NCBI RefSeq assembly: GCF_032444005.1
Contig: NC_091282.1
Coordinates: forward strand, 661,974,001-662,038,000
From: Ranitomeya imitator
Lineage: Eukaryota
Length of the DNA: 64,000 nucleotides
Direction of reading: 5' to 3'
In this document: positions 13,301-25,300 of the stretch, piece after piece
Layout: each line of letters begins with the position of its first letter
Numbering within the stretch: position 1 is the first letter of the stretch
Made by a program: the position numbers and the translations under genes
Notes under the pieces: model-generated
Database searches by the model: none
What the model saw: only the letters and a program-made list of their open reading frames with translations
Told to the model about the DNA's origin: nothing

Positions 13301-16300
13301 GCAAATGCAACATGACACCTGCAGACCATTCCATCTAAGTCTGCATTTCAAACGGTGCTCCTTCCTTTCCGAGCTCTGCCATGCACTCAAACTGTGGTTC
13401 CCCCCCACATATGGGGTATCAGCGTACTCAGGACAAATTGGACAATAACGTTTGTGGTCCAATTTCTCCTGTTACCCTTGGGAAAAAAAAAATGCGGGCT
13501 AAAACATTTTGTGGAAAGAAAAAATTATTTTTTTAATTTTCACAATGCTACATTCTAAACTTTAGTGAAACAATTGGGGGTTAAAAGTGCTCACCACACA
13601 TCTAGAGAAGTTCCTTAGGGGGTCTTCTTTCCAAAATGGGTTTCCACTGTTAAGGCACGTCAGGGGCTCTCCAAATGCGACATGGCGTCCGATCTCAATT
13701 CCAGCCAATTTTGCATTGAAAAGTCAAATGGCACTCCTTCCCTTCCGAGTTCTGCCATGCGCTCAAACAGTGGTTTATCCCCATATATGAAGTATCAGCG
13801 TACTCAGGACAAATTGCACAACAACTTTTGGGGTCCAATTTATCCTGTTACCCTTGGGAAAATAAAAAATTGGGGGCAAAAAATCATTTTTTGTGAAAAT
13901 TAATATGAAATTTTTTTTTTACGGCTCTACATTATAAACTTCTGTGAAGCACTTGGAGGTTCAAAGTGCTCACCACACATCTAGATTAGTTCCTTAGAGG
14001 GTCTACTTTCCAAAATGGTGTCACTTGTGGGGGTTTCCACTGTTTAGGCACGTCAGGGGCTCTCCAATCGTGACATGGGCTCCGATCTCAATTCCAGCAA
14101 ATCTTGCATTGAAAAGTCAAATGGCGCTCCTTCCCTTCCGAGCGTTCTGCCATGCGCCCAAACAGTGGTTTACCCCCACATATGGGGTATCGGCGTACTC
14201 AGGACAAATTGTACAACGACTTTTGTGGTCCAATTTCTCCTGTTACCCTTGGTAAAATGAAACAAATTGGACCTGAAGTAAAAATTTTGTGAAAAAAAAA
14301 GTTAAATGTTCAATTTTTTTTAAACATTCAAAAAATTCCTGTGAAGCACCTGAAGGGTTAATAAACTTTTTTAATGTGGTTTTGAGTACCTTGAGGGGTG
14401 CAGTTTTTAGAATGGTGTCACTTTTGGGCATTTTCTGTCATATAGACCCCTCAAAGTCACTTCAAGTGTGAGGTGGTCCGTAAAAAAAATGGTTTTGCAA
14501 ATTTTGTTGCAAAAATGAGAAATCGCTGGTCAACTTTTAACTCCCTAACAAAAAAAATTATGTTTCCAAAATTGTGCTGATGTAAAGCAGACATGTGGGA
14601 AATGTTGTTTATTAACTATATTATGTGATATAACTCTCTAATTTAAGGGCATAAAAACTAAGAGTTTGAAAATTGCTAAATTTTCATGATTTCCGACAAA
14701 TTAGTTTTTTTCACAAATAAATGCAAGTCATATCGAAGAAGTTTTACCACTATCATGAAGTACAATATGTCACGAGAAAACAATGTCAGAATCACCAGGA
14801 TCCGTTGAAGCGTTTCAGAGTTATGACCTCATAAAGGGACAGTGGTCAGAATTGTAAAAATTGGCCCTGTCACTTAGGTGAAAACAGGCTTTGGGGTGAA
14901 GGGGTTAAACCAGATAGTCATACCACACAAAAACATTAATAAATAACATTTCCCTCATGTCTGCTTTACATCGGCACCATTTGTAAAATGTTCTTTTGTT
15001 TTGTTGGCATTTTAGAAGGTTTAACCTCTTAACCCCCAGAGCTTTTTTCATTTTTGCGTTACAGTTTTTCGCTCTCTTCCTTCCCAGAGCCATAACTTTT
15101 TATTTTTTCCGTCAATATGACCATGTGAGGGCTTATTTCTTGCGGGACGAGTTGTACTTTTGAACGACACCTCCGAGTCTCGCAGGTGAAATCCCTCCTC
15201 TGGCGCCGGTACTTGGGAGTGGAGCGTGCAGCTCCATGTGTTGCTGTGCGGCCGCACGCTCCGGAGTGCCAGCGCTAGAGGGATTTCACCTGCGAGACTC
15301 GGCCGTATCTCGCGTATGTGTGATCCCGGCCTTAGTTTTGCCATGTTTTGAAAATGAGAAAAAATTGAAAGTACAATCCCACACTTGTTTTTTTGTTTGG
15401 CTTTTTTGCTAGGTTCACTAAAAGCTAAAACTGACCTGCCATTATGATTCTACAGGTCATTACGAGTTCATTGACACCAAACATGTTTAGGTTCTTTTTT
15501 ATCTAAGTGGTGAAAAAAAATTCCAAGCTTTGTGTAAAAATAAATAAATAAAAACGATTGTGCCATTTTCCAATACCCGTAGCGTCTCCATTTTTCGTGA
15601 TCTCGGGTTGGGTCGGGGCTTATTTTTTGCTCACCGAGCTGACATTTTTAATGATACCATTTTGGTGTAGATACGATCTTTTGATCGCCCGTTATTGCAT
15701 TTTAATGCAATGTTGCGGCGACCAAAGAAAAAACGTAATTCTGTTGTTTTGACTTTCTTGCAACGCCGTTTAGTGATTATGTTAATCCTTTTTTTTTCCC
15801 TTGATAGATCGGGCGATTCAGAAAGTGGAGATACCAAATATGTTAATGTTTGATTTTATTTTTATTGTTTTATTTTGAATGGGGCAAAAGGGGGGTGATT
15901 TGAACTTTTATATTTAAAATTTTTTTTTCTTTACTTTTGGCATGCTTCGAGACTAGAAGCTGCCACAACCCGTTCGGCTCTGCTACATAGAGGCGATGTT
16001 CAGATCACCTCTACATAGCAGATTTACTCCACTTGCTATGATTGCCGACCACTGGGTGGCGCTCACAGCAAGCCGACACTGACAACCATAGAGGTCTCCA
16101 AGAGATCTCAGGTTGTCATGCCAACACACCGGTGACCCGCGATCACGTGACGGGTCAATGGTATACATATTTCCGGAAGCGCAATTTAAATGCTGCTGTC
16201 AAGAGTTTGACAGCGGCATTTAACTGGTTAATTGCGGGCACATGTGAGCCATTCAAAACAGCTGACATGTCCCCGGAAAGATGTGGGCTCACTGCCGGAG

Positions 16301-19300
16301 CACACATCAAAGGAAGGGAGTCCGACATCAGCGTACTATTACGCTCGATGTCGGAAAGGAATTAAAAATGTAGCAGTAATTTTTCATTTTTTCAAGGAAA
16401 TTAAAATGTATTTTTCTAGGGACCTGTTCAGGTTTGAAGTGACTCTGGCGGTTCTATATATTGGAAACCCCCAAAAGTGATGTCATTTTAAAACCACACC
16501 CCTCAACGTATTCAAAATTGCTTTCAGCTTGTTCATTCATTAACCTTTCATGTGCTTTCAGGAATTAATGCAAAGTGGCATAACAGGAATGAAAAAGTTA
16601 ATTTTCACCAACTGAACAGGCCGCTGTAGCTGGAAGACTAAGGCCACTATTTGGCTGTGAACTGCCATGGCAAACATCAGGACCGCGGAATCAAGATCTC
16701 AGGGTGCCAATGGGGTTAAAGAGGGAGCCCCCACACTGTTAACCATCTAGATGCCGTAGTCACTAATGACAGCAGCATTTAAGGGGTTAAACAACCATAA
16801 TCGGTGCCTCCTGCCGTCTCAAACTCAAAAATATTTTCCGGATCCGTGCTTTCCTTGACCGCGACACCACTAAAACGCTAGTGCATGCCCTTATCTCCCG
16901 CCTCGACTACTGCAACCTCCTACTCTCTGGACTCCCCTCTAGCACTCTGGCACCTCTCCAATCCATCCTAAATTCTGCTGCCCGACTAATCTACCTGTCT
17001 CCCCGCTATTCCCCAGCCTCTCCCCTATGTCAAGCCCTTCACTGGCTTCCTATCGCCCAGAGACTCCAGTTCAAAACCCTCACAATGACATACAAAGCCA
17101 TCCACAACCTGTCTCCTCCATACATCTGTGACATGGTCTCCCTTGACTTACCTACACGCAACCTCCGATCCTCTCAAGATCTCCTTCTCTACTCCCCTCA
17201 TCTCTACTTCCCACAACCGCATCCAAGACTTCTCCCGTGCCTGCCCCATACTCTGGAACTCTCTACCACAACATATCAGACTCTCGCCTACCATAGAAAC
17301 CTTCAAAAAGAACCTGAAGACCTACCTCTTCCGACAAGCCTCCAGCGATCCTGAAGTTACTGAACCGCCACACAACTTGCCCTACCCTCTCCTAGTGTTT
17401 CATCACCCATCCCCTGCAGACTGTGAGCCCTCGCGGGCAGGGTCCTCCCTCCTTATGTACCCGTGTGCCTTATTTGCTCATGTTTAAATGTATTTGTCTA
17501 TACTATATTTGCCCCGTATTCACATTTAAAGCGCCATGGAATAAATGGCGCTATAAAAATGTATAATAATAACAATAACAACAATGATCGTGGCTGATGC
17601 AGCAAGTTGTCAGCTATAGTGTAAATCTAAAAGCTACAGGATTGCCACCTGTATGGGGATGCTAGTCTCTTATCACAGGTCAGTAAAAAGACGTATTGGT
17701 GGTCACTAAGGAGTTAAATGAAGCAGCTTGGTTTGTGATACTTCTTGTTATTTGTTTTACAAAACTTTATTGACATGCTTCGGTATGAATTACATGCATT
17801 TTTGTAGTGGAAATTCACTAAAAACGCAAGTGCGTTTTTTACCTACGGAATTTCCGTATCTAATGCAAGTCTATGGGTAAAATCCGCACAGAAAAGTCAG
17901 CGTACCCTCAAGAGAAACGGACATGCTGCAGATTTGAAATACATGCCCCGCAGGTTAATTTAAACAGCATTAAAAAGAAGCACAGTGGGAAGATTTCGAT
18001 AAATCCCATCCACTTAGCTGGAACTGTTAAGACGCTGTGTTTTTCACACAGCAAAAATATATCAAAAGCTCATGGTGGGAATGTAACCTGACACCCCGAA
18101 GCTGCACGCACTATTCTGGTGCAGTCACTGTGTTCATCCTGTATACTACAGAGCTGCGCTCACAATTCTGCTGGTAGTGACACCCAGTTACCTGAGCATC
18201 CTGCTGGAGGTGGTGATGCAGTATCTGAGAGTGCGGCTGCTGATGTGGAGCCAGAATGTGCATGAATGGAGCCGGGGGATATGCCGCCGCAGTGGCCGGG
18301 TTCATGGGGCCACCACTGCCCAGAGCGGAGGGCAAGTTAAAGGAGGTGGCGGGGGTCCCAGTGTGGAATCCCTGCTTCTCGAATGATTGCTGTGAGGAGA
18401 GGATACAAGCTGTGAGTATCCAGCCCCTAAAGTAAAAGCCCCATCTTCCCAGCAGGGGACAGCAGCGCTCCTCCAATCACCTACCTGCGTCTTGGAATAG
18501 ACTGAGCCAGAGATATCCGGCACACCGGTGTTACTGGAGGTGACAGACACGCCTGTAGGGACAGCAGAGGAGCATGTGCTGAGCAAGTCCGGCTGTACCC
18601 CTCTACCCTGTATGTAGGCATGATCAACCCCTTCTACACCTGGCACTCAGCAACCCAATAACTGGGGCAGGTGGAAATTAGGCTGGGGTACGGGATTAAT
18701 GCACGAGGATACAGAGGGGTCAAGCTGGGGCCTAAAGGAGTGGAGGATTAGGAGATGGCTGCTATATAAGAGAGGAAGAGGCAAAGCGGGGCGGGCAAGA
18801 GGGCAAAGAAGCAGAGAGCACTTACCAGCGCCGGGTCCATTGGTGCAAGCAGCAGCAGGTTTGCTCTGAGCAGCAGAAGCCCCACTAAATGCACCCTTAC
18901 AGAAATCACCCACGCTGGAAACCTGGCCCAAGTCCTCAAAGCCTGCGAACAGACACAGCCCTCAGCATGGGAAGGGATCCCGGGGACCCCCCACCCATGC
19001 CTCCCCCACCACAAGCCGAGCCCCTCCGACGTCACAACACAAGAGGCCGCTGCAGAGACCCCACAGCTCGGGACCTGCTGCTGCTCGGACCACCAGCGGG
19101 GGGCAGACGCTCTGCTACAGGGAAAAGTTAGGACACAGGCACAAAAGAGCAGGAAGGGGGTGCGGAGAAGGGGGCAATCACTGCTCACCCCAAATCTACA
19201 TCTCACCCCCAGGAGTCTGTCAGAACATGGGTGGCATCTCCTTACCGGTGCTGTAGGCATGAGAGCCGTAACTTGGCGCTTGCTGGAAGGCGCCAGCAGT

Positions 19301-22300
19301 TGTATTCACCCCGACATTGACTCCGTGCTGTTTTGATGTGGTAGGTGCCACCTGGAGGGGAGACAAGAGGTGTACAGAGCCTATGAGGGTGAGGCGGCAT
19401 CGGCTGCCTGCGTGGTATCATGCCCGTTTGTCCAGGAAAGGGGTCCTGTAGGGAGTGACGGGGAGCCCACACAGATGGTAGGCAGGCGACGCCGGGACAT
19501 ACCTGGAGGCGTAGGAAGGAAGATACAGCCGCTGCCATCCACCATGTGTCACCTACAGTCACAGGGGTCAGACCCCGCATCCACCCACTCATCCCCCCCA
19601 ATAAAGGACGGCTCGGAAAGAGCAGATGGGCCACACTTTATTGAAAATACTTTTATTAAGTATCAAGATTTGTACAAATCAGGCAACAAAGATGAATTAT
19701 CACAAGCCCGGCATGGTCGGCGGCGAACGGAGACCCTCCATTAGGGACCTCGTGGTTGAACGGAGGCAGCAGCAATCCACTGGGGGCCCGTATAGGAAAC
19801 ACCAGCCCTGACCACACTCTGGTCCACCCTTGCCCTCCAATCAATGCTACGCTAAACACAGAATGGAGGTCCAGACGTCCAAAAAGCAGACTCCCCCTAA
19901 AATACATCCGAGGTGCCGGACCCCCCCCCCAAGGCCAGGTGTCCATTCCAAATCCGCAGGACTTCTGACAGTTCACCACTGCCCGTATACAGGGGCTTCA
20001 TGTCCGAACCACAGGAATATAGGGCGGCTCGTGTGTATAAGATGCTATGTTCAGGGGCTTCCCATCTCCCCCTCCCCAAAAACAGCTTTGGGTGACACCG
20101 TTTACTAACGGAAATGGGAACTCACTGGGAATACGGCGGGTCCATACTGGAAGGTGCTTGGCAGACCCGGTACCCCGGTGTAGTAGGGAAGACTTGTGTA
20201 GCTGTAACCGGGCGGCAGCGCAGGATTCAGGAATGTCTGCTGTGTGGTGTGGTGACCCTGCGTCTGGCTCTGCTGCGGCTGCGCCAAGGTGGTAGCTGGA
20301 GCCGGGGAAGAGGCGTCTCCACGACCGAACTTTGAGAGATCACCTAAAAGGAGGGGAAAAGAGAAGGTAGTCATCAGCAACTGGCCAGAAAAATGGAGGC
20401 AACTGCCCTGGGGGCCAGGCACACTCCCACTACAGGTACACCTACCAGAATAGGGGTTACTTGTCAGGCTGGCGTCTCTCCCAGTGAGCGCGGTGCTGGG
20501 TGTGGGGAAAGGGATGCTGTAATAATCCTACAAAGCAGAGAGCAGAGCAGTCAGTTAACCGGAAGTGGAGAAACTGGCCCGGGGGTGGTGTGGAGGTCCG
20601 CAGTGCATCACTCACCAGGGGAAACCTTGTCTGTAACATCTGCAGGTCATCATAGCCATAGACCTGGGGCTGGAAACACAACAGCGTGCATGTTAATTGC
20701 CGACCGCGGTAAAGGTGCCTGCCCCTCTTCTGCATTACCAGCCATCACTCCCACCATTCTCTCCTCTCTTTCCCAGCAAGAACTATTTCATGAGCATTGC
20801 AGCCAGCTGTCAAATGCTGTATAAAGCCAGACAGAACAGTTCCATAGGACAACAGCAGCAGTGTACAGGAACCACCACAGACCTACAAGAACTTACGGGA
20901 TAAGCGTGTAACAGACCGGGAGCCATAATGTATGGGTTTGGTAACAGCGGTGCAACACCAGGCGGTAAGTTTGGAGGTGCTTTACCTGCGAGACGCAAAA
21001 GACAAAAGGGTTAATATTGCACAGCCTGGCACACAGGCTGGCATAGGGCACAGTGGCAGGTGCAGTACCTGACGTGGTGGCTATGGAGTTTCGAGCAGAG
21101 GGAGCAATGGTGGAGCTGGTGCTGAGCCCCAGGCCGAGGCTGCTGACGCTGAGGGAGGAGGACACGGGTGCAGCGCTGGCGATGGTACTGGGCACCGTAG
21201 AGAAGGTGGCAACTGAATGTAGGCTAACATCGCTCTCCACATTGGTGTGCTGCTCAGAAAGAGACAGGTACATTATGGAATACATAACATGTAATCGATG
21301 CGGTGTACAGGTGTACGGATGCTGTGGCCAGCGGGCACCACGTGGGTGGCCACATGACAGCAGATCCAGCTGCTCTAGCATGTACTGTCCCCCTTCAAGG
21401 CCATGGGAGCAGCCAGAAGGGTCAACTTACATGCAGGACACGGGACAACAACTCACCAGAGGTGTGGACGATGAGGTTCGTACTGTGGAGGATACAGGCG
21501 TCTGGTGCTGAGGGGGTAACGTACTGTAAGAGACAAGAGGAGAGGCAGCTATTGTGGTTCTGTCTCTGGGGGGGGGGGGGGGGTGGCCTTGGGATGCCCA
21601 CTCTTGAACACACTACCTGCTAAGCTGAACTGAGACCGGGTTCTGCAGCTCCTCAGTGTGGCTCAGGTTGCTCAGCTGAGACTGGTGGGGTCCGGCGGTG
21701 GTCAGTAAGGAGGACGCAGACACGGAGTCGCTGAGGGAGACTATGCTGCTGGAAGCAGACGATGAATCGGCTTTAATTGTGGGGGCTGAGGGAACTGGAA
21801 GAAAAAAAAAAAAGTGGAGGTTAGGGTAGCCATTGTGCTGTATTATCGCTGTACAGACCAGTCCCAGGCACCACACCACACGTGACACCTCATATGACCG
21901 CTCTGATTACTGTACGACACACTGTCCCCCCTTTATGGCTACATACAGCCAGAAAGGGTCTACGGGTGTCCGTTGCCATCGTACCCCAACAAAAGGAGGA
22001 CATACCTTCTCCTGATACAGGAGTCTGCATGGCGGACGTCTGCGAGCTGTAGCCACTCTACGAGGAGAGAAGAGACACGACATAAAGGACCAATCAGGCA
22101 GTACGTTATCTTTGCAGATGTAGTGACCGCCCACAGACCAGACAGCCAGGACACTGGACTGACAGCCGTGGAGGGCACACTTAATATTGCATGCGCTGTC
22201 CCCCCCTGATGGCCACAATTGCTACCAAAAAGGGTCTACTGTCATGCTGCAGAGAAGAACATCCCCGCACTGTGTTTCCAACATACAGTACCTTGGACTG

Positions 22301-25300
22301 GCTGAGCTCCTTCTGTGGTGAGGAGGTGGTGGAGGAGATAGGGTAGCGCCGGGTCTGCGTGGACCTCTGTTCATATAAGGGGCCCTGAGTGCTGCTCTGT
22401 GAGGTAAATGTTGTGGTCTGGATGCCGCTTCCTTGGTATGCAGACTCGGGACTCTGACTGCTGATTGCACTGCTGGAAGATTCACTGCAAGAGATGGCAC
22501 CTGTTATACCCACAGCAGACTGCGATTACCATCACCTCCTGAGAGGCAGCCCCCAGCCCAACCAAACACCCCCCCCCCCCCAATGACCGGACAGCAAGAA
22601 CCCCCCCCTTCGGTAGCAGAAGATGTTAGCTGGTAAAGAGACACAGACCATGGAGGAAGTGATCAGTGGTGTCGTCCACAAGCCATACTGCCTTTGCCGC
22701 TATAGATAGCATTTAAAAGATACACTACTGCCGTGCACCAGCTCCCTCGTGGCACACCAAATGTCACACCTTGCCGGGCTGGTGTAGAGACTGCTCTGGG
22801 CCTGGGTCACAGTCGTGTTGGTGGTCGGAGAGGACTCATACTCTGGGAGGTCTGGCTCAGACCCAAACTGCAAAGCACCAAACTGTAGATTGAGCCCCGC
22901 CATATCGGCTGATCCCGGCATCTCCACGGCCAGAGCTGGAATCTGCAGAGAAACAGGAGATGTAAAGAAGAGGATANNNNNNNNNNNNNNNNNNNNNNNN
23001 NNNNNNNNNNNNNNNNNNNNNNNNNNNNNNNNNNNNNNNNNNNNNNNNNNNNNNNNNNNNNNNNNNNNNNNNNNNNNNNNNNNNNNNNNNNNNNNNNNNN
23101 NNNNNNNNNNNNNNNNNNNNGGGAATACTGGCCACAATCTGGTTAGTGGGGGCCTAACCTGTCCTGTAGATGCCATGTAACCAGATACACACAGACAACC
23201 ACTACCTTTGACGTAAGGGATGTTTTCTTCCTCTGCACTTTCATCTTATGGTGGGCCGGTTGCGGACTTCCCGACTGATTTTCAGGCGACACTGGGGACA
23301 TCTGGGGGGGATGGTTCGTTTTGCTCATCAGAGGGGAGGATGGGCACACCGGCATTGCAGAGGGAGAGCTGGTGGCGGTTGCCTTCTCTTGCAGGTACAC
23401 GTCCATCATGGTGGAGGCTGGGGAGAAGCTCTGGCGCTTGGTGAAGGGATCCGATGAGCTCTTCAGATCTGTGGGGAGAGATCACTTTTAGTGAATCGTC
23501 CCCTCATGTCCAGACGAGCCCAGGATAGAGAAGTCTTACCGAACTGCCCCAGGGCGGAGGTCTGCGCCGAGGAGCCCAGGTCCCAGGATGTGGCACCGGA
23601 GTCCGAGTTCTGAGCGGCAAGATGTGCCAGGGCCTGTGCAGTCTTAAACTGCTCCAGGAACTGAGATCCCGTGGTGGTGCCGCCCTTGGGCTCTCCCTCA
23701 CCAAAGCCCTTACTCAGCATACTGACCTGCAAAATAGGAGCACGGTTACCAGGACAGCTGGACAAGGGCCTGCAACATGCAGAGCGGACAGGAACGTTGT
23801 AGTGCCCCCACACAATAGTCAGCCAGAAAGTGACAGGCAGTGGTGAGAGGCAACAGTTCTTATTGCATGCGCTGTCCCCCCCTAATGGCCACACAAAGCC
23901 AAAAGGGGTCTACTGGCATGCTGCACGGCACAGACCCGTACATGGTGCAGACTACAGCGACCTCAGAATGGTAATCATGGAAACAAATGGCAGAAAAAGC
24001 CTACCCAACTTATAGCACAGCTCTCCAGATACATCTGATCCAGTCACACCCAGAGCTGCGCATACACAGGACACCATACATATAAGCAGTAGTAACCTGG
24101 CGGTGATACTTGCCATGCTGCTGTGGGAGAAGGAGTTGCCAGGACTGGCCTGGGATAGGGAGCTCTGCTTGGAGTTGCTGAACACGAGGGGCTGGGATAG
24201 GGTGGGGTTCTGTGCAGGGTCCAGACTGGAGGCCTCGTTCTCTAGGGATGACGGGCTCTTCCCTAGTAAAACTGCCAGGTCGATCCTGTAGAGAGAGCAA
24301 ATGGAGGCTGTGTCACGTATAAGGGACCCCAGCATGTAGGGACCACTTCTCAGGCTGCCAGTTACTCACCTCTGGCCCGCAGTGATCGTCACACTCTCAG
24401 GGGCAAGGGGTACAGAAGAAACACTGGACGCTGTGAAGATCTTTGTTTCAGAAAGCTGAACAAAATTAAAAAAAAAGCTCATGACCCGACTCATCTGCTG
24501 GCAGAGTTCACCTGCAATGCTGCAGAATTCTATGTGGGATTTGCACTCACATCCTCATTCCAGTCCTCGGTCCCCCACTCCTCTGTGGCTGTCCTCCAGG
24601 CACCTGGTAAAAAAAAAGCACATGGAAGGGGAATTATACAGGTAGGCAGAAGTCCCCAGACCCATTCCGGCAGCAGTCACCCCCAGATTTGCAAAATTAA
24701 CACACATGCCATATCCAAATTGAAAAATATTAACGCCCTGGAGCGATGAGTAATCCAGAGTGACACCACACCATGAGATGACACCAGTGTCTGCCACAGG
24801 GTAGAAGCCTCTGTTCACAGAGAGGACTAATCACATTGAGTCTTCTCTCCACTCACACCCAGAGCTGCGCTCACAATTCTACTGATTCCACTGTCTTGAA
24901 GAGAGGTTCATTAACTTCATTACTCCCATCCCTAAAAGAACCACCCAAATCTCTAATGTACTCCCCATGAGTATAGCCTAGGGTCTCCCCACTTTTTCCT
25001 GTGTATGCAGCTTTGGATGTAACTGGAGTAGACTATTATATTGCCATAGAAAAAAAAAAAAAAAGCAGAAAATACATTAATCAAGTCAAGAACTGTGAGC
25101 AGCCATGACCCCAGTCACCCCCGCAGGCACTGTACAGAGTGCCACTGGCCAGAGGACATGCCACGTAGGGGCCACTACCAGCGGCAGTCATTTGTCCAGA
25201 GCGAACTACAAGTTCCAGAATCTGCACACACAGTGAGGGCAGCTGCAGAGGGGTGCAGTCCATGCTGTCCACACACAGCCCGGCCCCGTGCAGGGAGGGA

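Noticed and set aside
20670-20896. Possible extra snoRNAs in this intron and in 22485-22769
   Set aside because: Isolated ACA or CTGA motifs without a convincing two-hairpin or C/D box architecture.
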